64,000 nucleotides of DNA from an uncultured Nitrososphaerota archaeon (GCA_963703285.1 OY969807.1:1696001-1760000), one strand, 5' to 3'; numbered from the stretch's first letter, positions 19,020 to 28,108 are shown. A program made the numbers and translations. The notes: a model not told the origin generated them from the sequence alone.

Positions 19020-19875
19020 TGGTTCCCACCCTTCTCCTGTGAAGGTCCTCCCGAAGCAAGGGCAGAGGCCGGGTTCACCGGTGGGAAATTCGCTCCGCCT
19101 TTATGTCCAACGACCTCCCGCACATAGTCGAAAAATTCACTGGTCACCAAGACGAGAAGAGCAGCAACGGCTATCCAGAACACATAATCAATCAGGTAGT
19201 ACCCGGCGTTCACCTGGACGCAACTGATGACGCCGAACGTAGTGCTGTCGCAGTAGTTGTAAGCCACGAATGGATTGAAGGGAGAATGGCCATTGAACAG
19301 CTCGGGGTAACCCGAAGAGGAATTGTCAAGCCCGAATGTCAGGAGAATCAGCGTCCCCACTGGAACAGCACCCTTCAAGATGCGGGACAACGACGCCGTA
19401 ACATTCTGCCTCGCCGGCTCAATCCAGCTGGGCATTGCATAGATCATGGCGCCGACCAGAGGCGTCCAGAAGACCACATTGTACCAGATGGTCGAACCGT
19501 CGTAGTATGGACTGCTCGTGCAACTGCTTCCACCGGTAAAGCCCGTCGGTGACGTCGCGTTGGGAATCTGGATGTTGGTACACGAATAGGTAGTCTGATC
19601 TCCTTGTATAGGCGAACCGTTCCCGGCGGTGGCAATGTAGATCAAGAGTATCAGGGAGGGGCGAGGATAATGGTCATCGTGAGGTAGGTCAGGCGCCTCC
19701 CCTTTGGCAGCCCCAGTCCAGCGATGACCAGGGCCAGACTGGCAAGGTAGGCGACCGCCCCTATGAAAAACGGGCCGAACCCCGACGGGTCGGAATAGTA
19801 GACTACGAAGGCGCTGAAGAGTGCTAGAGCGACCAAGGTCCACTCGAAGCCACGAACGTCGCTGTGCGAAGTCAT
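19016..19875 (-). pseudogene. Frameshifted multi-TM membrane protein
   Basis: Hydrophobic frame of ORF 19651..19986 continues in ORF 19016..19960 after a shift at the G4 run 19658-19661. Confidence 0.65.
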
Positions 19876-20020
19876 CTGCCATCGGTTGAACCCCACGCGG
19901 TAGGATAAAACACGATTGTGTAGTTCCACTACCTGAGAATACATCTGCCGTGCTAAACAATCGTCTCCACTGGGTCGGTCGGACAAAACTATTAATCAGA
20001 AAAGCGCGCTCGGCCGAATC

Positions 20021-21013
20021 GTGAAGCGCAGGACGCTAGTCCTGTTCGTGGCCGTCGTCACCGTCGCAGCGGCCGCGCTGCTGGCGTCGACGTTCGTGCT
20101 GGTGTCGGGCCTCACGCTCCATGACCAGGGCGCCGTCCGCTTCGGTGCCTCGCTCAACGCTACTACGGTCGCCCAGGCTCAGGCGGTGAGGGTCTACGTC
20201 GACGACTGGAACACGCTCGACTTCAAGAACTCGCTCCCGCTGTCGAATTCGCAGATGGCCGCAGGCCTCTCCTCCGGCCCGTGTGGTGGCCCCTATCCCG
20301 GCGGGATTGCGGTGTACAAGGGGGAGTACGACATGAGCAACGTCTCCTCGGCGACGCCCCTCCCGTTCTATGCCCCTGGGACCTACTTCTGCACTGAGCT
20401 ATCCTTCGCGAACTCGTTCACCTTCGGCCCGCACCAGAACGTCACCGCCTACTTCGACCTCGACGGCTACTACGTGACAACGAACGCTACCGCGGGCGCA
20501 TTTTCATCATATGTGCTCCAGCCGTACGCGCCCGGCGTCTACACGGTCGTCGCCGGCGACCCGCTGGGGCACACCAGGGTCATGTACTTCCGCGTGACCG
20601 GGACGACGGGGACGGCTGTAGCCCAGGAGCGAAGCGGGCCCGTGAGCACCTTCCCCGCGACGTGGCTAAACCCGTGCGACACGAGCGCATCGGGCAACGT
20701 CACCACGGCGGTGTACCTAGGGTTGAACGGAAGCTCTGCCTTCGATCACATCAACCTCGGCCAAGTCTACTCGCAGATCGTCAACTCGTCCGGGTTCTCG
20801 TTCCAGTCCGTTGGGCGGGGATGGGTGGTCTCGACGTGGTACGAGATCGGGGGCACCGGCGATGGCGCGAGCAACGGGCAGGTCGTGGTCTCGTTCATAC
20901 TCATCAGCGACGGCGTGCCCTCGGGGTACGCCAACGCCTACTACAACCCGGCGAGCGGGACGGTGGACGGCGTCACGTCAGGGGCGCTCCCGACGGCGAG
21001 CTGCGCGACCTGA
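20021..21013 (+). CDS. Exported hypothetical protein
   Basis: Signal/TM, paralogous domain to 17281..18486. Confidence 0.75.
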   Translation: MKRRTLVLFVAVVTVAAAALLASTFVLVSGLTLHDQGAVRFGASLNATTVAQAQAVRVYVDDWNTLDFKNSLPLSNSQMAAGLSSGPCGGPYPGGIAVYKGEYDMSNVSSATPLPFYAPGTYFCTELSFANSFTFGPHQNVTAYFDLDGYYVTTNATAGAFSSYVLQPYAPGVYTVVAGDPLGHTRVMYFRVTGTTGTAVAQERSGPVSTFPATWLNPCDTSASGNVTTAVYLGLNGSSAFDHINLGQVYSQIVNSSGFSFQSVGRGWVVSTWYEIGGTGDGASNGQVVVSFILISDGVPSGYANAYYNPASGTVDGVTSGALPTASCAT

Positions 21014-21083
21014 GAGTAGAGCGCGGCTAGGTCGGATTGACCAGAAAAGGAGGTACTCGGCTGGAACCTGCGCTGCCTCCTAG

Positions 21084-21149
21084 GCCCTCCTCATCCCGCT
21101 CCAGGAGCCTGTCAGCGCCGGCGGTGGCGATCATCTTATTCTCCCTAAG
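21084..21149 (-). pseudogene. Relic fragment of rpl10e (LRENKMIATAGADRL...)
   Basis: Aligns to 24446-24510 with mostly synonymous changes and a 1-nt insertion. Confidence 0.85.
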
Positions 21150-21193
21150 GTACGGGTTCCTGTATTGGGTTCATTGCGCCTTCGTGCTTGGCT

Positions 21194-21532
21194 TCATACA
21201 GGCGTCCTGATTTCATTCCCGATCCGCTGCATCGCCTGCCCGCACATCGTACCAGGATTCCCGACCATCACGCAGTACCTGTAGCTCAGAGGTCCAATCA
21301 GCAAAGGCGACATGTCGACCACCCTGACGGCGCCGACGCCGAGACACGCGTACATCACCGATGCAGAGGAGGAACCTGGTGTGGGGTGCCACGTCGCGCA
21401 TCCTGGTCCAGCGAACAGTGTAGAGCTTTCGCACACCGGGGCGGAGACGGAGATCGGCACAATCGGAGCAAGGAAGAGCACAAGGAAAGCGATGGGCGCC
21501 GCCAAGCTGAGGGCTATTCTTGTGGCTCGCAC
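21194..21532 (-). CDS. Small Cys-containing membrane protein
   Basis: N-terminal TM, PIVP...C...C...SASVMYACLGVGA. Confidence 0.6.
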   Translation of the reverse strand: MRATRIALSLAAPIAFLVLFLAPIVPISVSAPVCESSTLFAGPGCATWHPTPGSSSASVMYACLGVGAVRVVDMSPLLIGPLSYRYCVMVGNPGTMCGQAMQRIGNEIRTPV

Positions 21533-21638
21533 CAGAGAACCACCGTAGGTTTCACGACGCGCCTTCTGTAATACGTGTTTGTCCGAACGCGTTCAGATGC
21601 TCAAAGATTGTTGGAAACGAGCCCCACCAGCAGGTTCC

Positions 21639-22307
21639 TCATGGGTACGCGGTACGATTCTCAAACCAGGTCAACCACAGCGCCCGGAAACGTGCGACAC
21701 CCAGCAAGAGGAAAGGCAGGGTCGAGACCAGCACTAAGATAGACACGAGACCCAGCCCCGCAAGATAGAAGTTGCTCGGGTCGAGCGCGACAGCACCCTC
21801 AAAATAAACGGGGAGCGACAATATGTAGAACTTGATTATGAAGAAGAATGCGAACAGGACGCCGGCGAAGAAAGTGGCGGACGCAAGCAACGTCAAGGCG
21901 TAGACCATCCTTCTGTATCGCTCGACGCCCGGTGGGACGATTCTCTCGAAGAGCACGAAGGCGATGAGGGGGTATCCTATGATGAGGGTGAGAGCGAGAG
22001 AAGCTTCCGCGACGAGCAGGGTAGGCTGGGGAAGTCCGCCTTGTTCGGTGATGCCGGTCGAGCCACCGCTAGAGATCAACACCCACCCCGGCGGCAGAAT
22101 CTGCTCCCTGACCCACGACATGAAGACCGAGGCCAGCGGCACATCCGACGCCCCGCCGAAGAGAAACGACCGCAGGTTGACCGGGAATGCGAACAACACG
22201 AGAAAGAGGGCGGACAGGCTGGCCAGTACGACCTTGACCCTGTGAGCCGCAACGGGGAGCGGCGCCTGCATTGGAGGTCTGAAAGTGGGCCTCCGAGATA
22301 AAAGCAT
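21639..22307 (-). CDS. Divergent TatC-like membrane protein
   Basis: LPPGWVLI, YPLIAF..F..I.P, FFAGVLFAFFFII pattern resembling TatC TM1-4. Confidence 0.55.
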   Translation of the reverse strand: MLLSRRPTFRPPMQAPLPVAAHRVKVVLASLSALFLVLFAFPVNLRSFLFGGASDVPLASVFMSWVREQILPPGWVLISSGGSTGITEQGGLPQPTLLVAEASLALTLIIGYPLIAFVLFERIVPPGVERYRRMVYALTLLASATFFAGVLFAFFFIIKFYILSLPVYFEGAVALDPSNFYLAGLGLVSILVLVSTLPFLLLGVARFRALWLTWFENRTAYP

Positions 22308-22398
22308 GTTGGGCTTCTGGGAGCATTCGATCCCAGCGGCGCATCCCTCAGAAGGGGAACGCCGACCTTCAGGTACTCAGGAAGAACGGTCGTGCAGT

Positions 22399-22422
22399 TC
22401 AGGCGGCGACAGGCGCCTCGGC
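22399..22422 (-). repeat. Relic copy of the rpl10e 3' terminus
   Basis: TCAGGCGGCGACAGGCGCCTCGGC vs TCAGACGGCGACAGGCGCTTCGGC (24235-24258); AEAPVAA* vs AEAPVAV*. Confidence 0.75.
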
Positions 22423-22469
22423 CGGCACATCATCGACATCACCGTGGGTGCCCTGCTTCTCTCTCCGCC

Positions 22470-23945
22470 TCAGCAGTAGAAGGTGACTATCCATCCCGAC
22501 TGGCCATTGTACGTCCCGTAGACCCCGCCCCAACCCGACATCATCGCCGCTGGTACGGTGCCCTCCGGACCGGCGAAGAAGTAGCTGGACCAGACTCCTC
22601 CGGACCCGTCGCTGCCACTCGGAGCGACCCACGTGTTCCCGTACGCGTCGGTGAACGTCGCTCCCGCGGGCATGAGCGTCCCGTCTGTCGTGCTGGGGCA
22701 GACGAGCATTGGTGCCGCCTCAGAATAGCTCGCTGAGAAGGACGTGGCGCCCGAGACGCTCGACGTGCCGGAGCACCCTCCACTGCAGTCATAGGTCGCA
22801 CTCGCGGCGGTCACGGGGGTGTCGTAGGAATAGTCGAGGCTCCCCGTCATCTGCACGGTGATGCCCGCCCCGGTCCCCGTATAGTCCTCGGAAGGGAAGG
22901 GTCCCCATGAAGCCGTGACCCCCCAGGTCACGCCGGAGGCGGGGACTCCGCTCTGGTCGAAGGTGACGGTGTAACAGGGGACGGCATTCGGGGAGTTCTC
23001 GACGACCCCGGCTGTGAAGTCGCCGCAGTAGTCGTTGACGGTGGCTGCGTTGAGGATGAACGTGCCAAAGGAGCCATTGGGACCCGCCGCGCCAGAGGGT
23101 GAACCATCGCCGCCGTTGCCGCCGAAGCCGCCGGAACCGAACGAGGGCGTAATCCCCCCATCGTTGTTGATTGCGCCAGCGTTCACCATGCCATCGCCTC
23201 CTATTCCACCATCGCCGCCGTTGCCGCCGAAGCCGCTCGAGGCGAAGCCGCCGTTACCGCCGTTGCCACCATCGCCACCGTTACCGGTTATCGCCCCTTG
23301 ATTGTTGATGGTGCCTCCGAAGGGGCCAGCGGAGAGGATCCAAAAGCCGGAGCCCCCGGCGCCGCCGGGTCCGCCATTGCCCCCGTTGCCGCCGAAGCCG
23401 CCCGCTCCGCCAGCGCCACCGTTGCCGCCCGTGCCTATGACGGTCCCTTGGTTGTTGATGGTGGCCAATCCGGCGTCGAGGATGCCGTAGCCACCATCTC
23501 CCCCGGGGCCGCCTCCCGAACTTGACCCAACACCATCGCCGCCGGCACCCCCGTTGCCGCCTGTGCCCGCGAGCGTCCCTTGGATGTTGATCGTGCCTAA
23601 GTTGTCGACGCCGTCGCCACCGTCACCACCCTCTCCGCCTGCACCGGCGCCGGGGGCTCCGACTCCACCATTAGCACCCGAGGCGGCGACGGTCACGCCT
23701 AAACCCACGTCCAGGACCGTCCCCGAGGAGATGGTAAGAGTCGACGCAATCGAGCAAGTGTCGGTCGCCCCACTCCAGGTACCGGATAGAGGGCCGGGGC
23801 ACACAGTCGCGCCGTCAGAAACGGTGACCGAGATGACCGTCTGAGCGTGCGCGGCCGGGACATGCAGTCCGGCCGTGGCAATCAGGAGGAGAAGGGCCAC
23901 GGCGAGCGTCAGCGGGAAGCCCCGAAGCGAGACCGGCTTCCTCAC
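22470..23945 (-). CDS. Secreted glycine-rich repeat protein (GGxGGxGG)
   Basis: Signal peptide (AHA/Q); repeated units TINNQG...G.GGNGGAGG. Confidence 0.8.
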   Translation of the reverse strand: MRKPVSLRGFPLTLAVALLLLIATAGLHVPAAHAQTVISVTVSDGATVCPGPLSGTWSGATDTCSIASTLTISSGTVLDVGLGVTVAASGANGGVGAPGAGAGGEGGDGGDGVDNLGTINIQGTLAGTGGNGGAGGDGVGSSSGGGPGGDGGYGILDAGLATINNQGTVIGTGGNGGAGGAGGFGGNGGNGGPGGAGGSGFWILSAGPFGGTINNQGAITGNGGDGGNGGNGGFASSGFGGNGGDGGIGGDGMVNAGAINNDGGITPSFGSGGFGGNGGDGSPSGAAGPNGSFGTFILNAATVNDYCGDFTAGVVENSPNAVPCYTVTFDQSGVPASGVTWGVTASWGPFPSEDYTGTGAGITVQMTGSLDYSYDTPVTAASATYDCSGGCSGTSSVSGATSFSASYSEAAPMLVCPSTTDGTLMPAGATFTDAYGNTWVAPSGSDGSGGVWSSYFFAGPEGTVPAAMMSGWGGVYGTYNGQSGWIVTFYC

Positions 23946-24234
23946 GACCGGACTCCGGCCCCCGAAAGACGACCATTTCCTTTCTCTAGAATGAGCCCCG
24001 CCGCAGTCCCGTCACTCAGGATTGCTCCTATGTCGGCCACTGCCTCTCTTTCCTCCTGCCGAGGATAAAAGTCCTTTGAGAGGGGTCTCTCCAGAGGGCC
24101 TCGGGGCCCGACGCGGTTCGCACGTAGAAGCCTGGAGCTCATGTGACGGTAACTCGCAGAGCGATTGAAGCTTCAGCCCGCTGACTTGCGCGCGTGTGCT
24201 AAGGCTCAGGAGATGGTTCCTGTGGTCGCGTAGC

Positions 24235-24774
24235 TCAGACGGCGACAGGCGCTTCGGCTTCCTCGACCTCTGCCTCTGGAGCCTTGGCGTCCTCCGAGAC
24301 CTTGACCTCCGTCAGCATCGGCAGCTTCGCCTTGGCCGCATGCAGCGCCTTCTTCCCCAGCTCGAGGTCGGCCGCCTTCACGTGAAGCTCGAGAACCGTC
24401 GTCCCGATGTCAACCCGCGCAGCGACGCCGATGGGCTTCCCGAACGCCTTCCTCATCCCCTCCTGGAGCCTGTCTGCGCCGGCGGTGGCGATCATTTTAT
24501 TTTCGCGGAGTACGATATGAGGGTACGTCCTCACGACTAGGTAGTACCCTTCCTCTCCCAGAGATACGAGCTTCTTGTTCGCCGCGACGCGGGCCGACTC
24601 CAGCGCGTTCGAGCGAATCTGTACTCTGCCCTTGGAGATCAGTCTTATGACGTAAGCGTAGTCGGTGGCGTACTTACCAGTGGTGAACCTGGCTATCTTC
24701 GGGTTGGGCGTGCCAGGAGCATACTTCTTGGAATATGCCTGACTTTTAACCTCGCGGTAGTTACTCCCGTGGAA
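24235..24774 (-). CDS. rpl10e: 50S ribosomal protein L10e (uL16), non-canonical start
   Basis: Manual translation xHGSNYREVK...QIRSNALESARVAANK...YPHIVLRENKMIATAGADRLQEGMRKAFGKP; no ATG/GTG/TTG before the upstream in-frame TAG. Confidence 0.93.
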   Translation of the reverse strand, partial: FHGSNYREVKSQAYSKKYAPGTPNPKIARFTTGKYATDYAYVIRLISKGRVQIRSNALESARVAANKKLVSLGEEGYYLVVRTYPHIVLRENKMIATAGADRLQEGMRKAFGKPIGVAARVDIGTTVLELHVKAADLELGKKALHAAKAKLPMLTEVKVSEDAKAPEAEVEEAEAPVAV

Positions 24775-24848
24775 GGCTAATCTCCTCTATTTTCTTCGCC
24801 GAGCCCCAGCCGTTTAAATATACTTCGGTGAACTCACGACTCCACGGC

Positions 24849-26537
24849 TCATTTCTCATCGCGTGGAGAACGCCCTTGCCCCGCTTTGGGCTTCCTCGAC
24901 CTCAACGGAAATTCGCTCGCCGGCCAGATTTCTGTCGGTCGCGCTCTCCCTCGATAATATCCATTCGAATCAAAGAATGACAGGGCCTTCTCAGCCTCTC
25001 GCCGCTTGTCTCCCTCGAGAAAGGGAAGTATCTCTCGCAGGAGTCGAATCGCCCTAATCCCATATACAGTCTTGCGCCATATCGGCATCAACTCAGGTCC
25101 TCTGTACTTTGCCTTGACGTGGCTCGACAGTCCGACGAGGTTAGAGAACTTGGAGATGGTCGCTGGGTCAGTATTCCCTATCGTCACCTGCGCACTGGTG
25201 GAATCTGAGGCCGAGACATAGCAGCACGCTATGCACCCCTCACCCTGGATTAGCGCTGCCACCCAAGCTCTATGCTCGATGCTCGGGATTATGACTTCTG
25301 GTACGCCCGATTTGCCGTGCGCGACGCCACGAGGGACTGTCGTTGCCAATCCGATCTGCTCAGCAATTAGAGCCGTGTTCGTGCCGCGTCTCTTCGAGCG
25401 TAGTGGAAACTCCTCGCGCGGCCAGACGTCCCCGTTCCTGAACTCACCCCTGTGATAGCCGCGCGGCCCGAAGAACTCCATTGCCTTTCTGGCTTCCCTC
25501 TCCTTCTGTCCCACAAGCCAAGGCAAGACCTCTTGGAGGACTCGCAATGCCCTCAATCCTGCGATGTTCTTGCGCCATTGCGGCTTCCAGTCGTGGTTCC
25601 TGGTTGGTGTCAAAGACGGAGCGACTCCCAGATAGCCGGCCAGCCTGTTGATGGGTCCAGCATCAGTCATCGAGGTGTGCACCTCAAGATATGTCGTGTC
25701 GCTCTCCTTCCTGTAGATGCTCTGAATGCATCCCTCTCCCTGTATCAGGGCTGCTACCCACGCCCGGCCCACCGTCGTCTGGATCACGGTCTCAGGTATG
25801 TCCTGCTGCATAAGGCGGCCGAGGTGCGGCCTCCGTCTCCACTCTTCGGGTGGCTTGATGCCGTGCTTCTTCATATGCCGCCTCATTGCGCCTGGCTGAC
25901 GGTACCCCATCCTGCGGGCCGCCTCCCGGGGATTCTTGCTCGTCCTTACGACGCTCTCGAGGAACGGGGCGAACTCAGGACTCGAGACCAGAGGCCGTAG
26001 CATCGACTCTTCACCATCGGGTCCCTCGACCGCCGACACTCTCAGCGACCGGGAACCACCTGTGGAGTCCTCGCTGATGAAGACCCAGCTGCCCTGCTCC
26101 TTCATCTCCATGAGCTTCGGACTCGCCTTGTAGAGCCAACTCCTGCCCGAACCGAACCGAGCCCTCTCTCCGACGACCAGCGCATCCCGTTCAAGGTGAC
26201 CCAGGTGGAGTATCACCGTCGGCTTGCTCACCCCGAGCTTCTCCGCGAACTCGCTCCGCGTGGTGCCTGCAAGCCGGTCGTCCTCAAGCATCGCCTTCGC
26301 CATCCTGGTACAGCACAGGTCCATCCTCGGGTTCTTTCCGGGTGGGCGCTCTCCTCTGCTCAAGCGACCAGCCAGCTCGTCGGAGCTGATATCCGCCACC
26401 ATTGTCAGGGACCCGGACTCTCGGAGAGCCTCAGAAATGACAGGCTCGCCTCGAACCTCCGGGGCATCGACCGCTTCGGAGACCCCCGCTCCCTGCTTCG
26501 GGGTCTCGTCCTGGACACGGCTGCTATCTTCGTCCAT
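24849..26537 (-). CDS. Free-standing wHTH + HTH + tandem LAGLIDADG protein
   Basis: RSEFAEKLGVSKPTVILHLGHLE (wHTH), REAARRMGY (HTH), two WVAALIQGEGCI motifs; ATG at 26537 aligns with the start of 6572..8311. Confidence 0.85.
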   Translation of the reverse strand: MDEDSSRVQDETPKQGAGVSEAVDAPEVRGEPVISEALRESGSLTMVADISSDELAGRLSRGERPPGKNPRMDLCCTRMAKAMLEDDRLAGTTRSEFAEKLGVSKPTVILHLGHLERDALVVGERARFGSGRSWLYKASPKLMEMKEQGSWVFISEDSTGGSRSLRVSAVEGPDGEESMLRPLVSSPEFAPFLESVVRTSKNPREAARRMGYRQPGAMRRHMKKHGIKPPEEWRRRPHLGRLMQQDIPETVIQTTVGRAWVAALIQGEGCIQSIYRKESDTTYLEVHTSMTDAGPINRLAGYLGVAPSLTPTRNHDWKPQWRKNIAGLRALRVLQEVLPWLVGQKEREARKAMEFFGPRGYHRGEFRNGDVWPREEFPLRSKRRGTNTALIAEQIGLATTVPRGVAHGKSGVPEVIIPSIEHRAWVAALIQGEGCIACCYVSASDSTSAQVTIGNTDPATISKFSNLVGLSSHVKAKYRGPELMPIWRKTVYGIRAIRLLREILPFLEGDKRREAEKALSFFDSNGYYRGRARPTEIWPASEFPLRSRKPKAGQGRSPRDEK

Positions 26538-26554
26538 CAGAAAGCCCTGGGGAA

Positions 26555-26610
26555 GTTGCCATGGCAACTTCTTGGCAACTTTGTGGCAACATCGCTGCTG
26601 GTTTGGCTAT
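26555..26610. repeat. GTTGCCATGGCAAC palindrome plus TGGCAAC array, copy 2
   Basis: Palindrome 26555-26568; TGGCAAC at 26562, 26573, 26584 (11-bp phase); TGGCTAT at 26604. Confidence 0.9.
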
Positions 26611-26629
26611 GTTGTTAGGAATCCTGCAG

Positions 26630-26791
26630 GCTGACGGCCTCTTAGTTCAAATAATTCTACGCTTCTTCAGGGCGGTTCAGCACTCACAATCGGCTCGGCG
26701 CATGTTGCCATTCTGGCCGATCTTGGTCGGCCCGACGTGAGAAGCCAAGCTTCTCATGCCGTTCCCTTGGGGACTTTGGACCGTCGTCAGT
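26630..26791 (+). ncRNA. Putative structured RNA or ssDNA element, copy 2
   Basis: Same helices as 8457-8619; 1-nt indel in a hairpin loop. Confidence 0.65.
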
Positions 26792-26828
26792 TCTTAGTTT
26801 CTAGCAAGAGAACAGCGGCTGGTCGTAT

Positions 26829-27134
26829 TTAACGGAACAAGCTCTGTTGAGGGCTCTGTTCCGTCTCTGGGTTATTTGAATCGCCGTTCCACTTGGGTGA
26901 TGCGCTCAAAATCGTCAGTCTGACTCGCTCCATGAGTCGGCAAAGTTCGTAGTCTCGTTGCGGCTGGATATCGTATCGCTCGCAATGCCTCAGAAATTCT
27001 GTCACAAGTCCAGAGAATTCCTCGGTCAATCTCTCGTATCTCCCTTGCCACTTTAGGGCGAGTTCGATTTCTTGCGCCAATGCCAACTTGAGCTGGTATT
27101 CGCTTGACATAGGGGAATCACTTGTTCCCATCAA
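26829..27134 (-). CDS. Hypothetical helical protein
   Basis: ORF coupled to 27118..27627. Confidence 0.55.
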   Translation of the reverse strand: MMGTSDSPMSSEYQLKLALAQEIELALKWQGRYERLTEEFSGLVTEFLRHCERYDIQPQRDYELCRLMERVRLTILSASPKWNGDSNNPETEQSPQQSLFR

Positions 27135-27627
27135 GAAAATCCTTGCCTTGTTCTTTGAACGCGTTTAGAAGAGCATCTACCACTTCAAGTTGTTCCTTCG
27201 TTGGTTGCCGAGTCTCCATTTCCTTGAGCTTGTTACGAAGTTCGCCTATCTTCGTCTCATTTCGGGTGGAGAGTGCGTCGAACAGTTCCAGCGTGAGTTG
27301 GTGCTCCTTGGTAACGTGTCTGTTTACTGCTTCCATCCAGACAGCTAGCCAAGCCCTTGTCAAGACGATAGTGTGCTCGACCATTGCGATGAGTGCACTT
27401 TGAGGGTCAGCGGCCGCGCGAACTACATCGACCCACCGCTCCATGTCCTTGATGTTTTTGTCATAAGTCATTTGAAACAGAAGCCCGCTGTTCGTCGGGT
27501 TGCTCATGATAATGGAGAATAGAGCTTCCTTGTCCTCGTTCATCAGTCTGAGGGCTTGCTCGTCGTTTCTCATCATCTTGATGGATTCTTCTACCTTCTC
27601 TTTGTCCATCCCACCGAATAGCTTCAT
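27118..27627 (-). CDS. Hypothetical helical protein
   Basis: GAGG SD, coupled to the upstream RHH gene. Confidence 0.65.
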   Translation of the reverse strand: MKLFGGMDKEKVEESIKMMRNDEQALRLMNEDKEALFSIIMSNPTNSGLLFQMTYDKNIKDMERWVDVVRAAADPQSALIAMVEHTIVLTRAWLAVWMEAVNRHVTKEHQLTLELFDALSTRNETKIGELRNKLKEMETRQPTKEQLEVVDALLNAFKEQGKDFLDGNK

Positions 27628-27628
27628 C

Positions 27629-27790
27629 CTACCTCTCCTTCTTGCGTTGCTGTTCTAGCCACTTGAGCAAGGCGCGGTTGAGAACGTCCTGAAGGGTTAT
27701 CCCCTCGTCAATCGCGGCCTTCTTCGCTTCCTTCCATACCTCCTTATCCACTTTCATGGATGTTACAATCGTCTCTTTTTCGTCTCCCAT
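27629..27790 (-). CDS. Ribbon-helix-helix (CopG/ParG-like) protein, 53 aa (missed by ORF track)
   Basis: MGDEKETIVTSMKVDKEVWKEAKKAAIDEGITLQDVLNRALLKWLEQQRKKER. Confidence 0.8.
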   Translation of the reverse strand: MGDEKETIVTSMKVDKEVWKEAKKAAIDEGITLQDVLNRALLKWLEQQRKKER

Positions 27791-28108
27791 GCTATTTCAC
27801 TTGGTCAGGGGTGCGCATGGAGTAGCATTTATACCCCGTAGTAGTCATTGGCTACTATGTCAAATGTCCGATGTGAGTAGTATTCATGGACTTCTGTATT
27901 CATATACCCCATGCTACAATACTACTGCCATGAAGTCAAACGCACAGTGGAAGGCCGTTAGCAGAATCCGCAAGTGCCGAAGCATGAGGAGTTGGTAAGG
28001 ATGGCCGCCTCCTCCGCCTTCGGTTCGGACGTTCGGATGAGCTTGGGGGCGGTGCCGCAACCGGCGCGTATATACCAAACTGATGGAACTCTCGGTGAGA
28101 CCAAGCAG

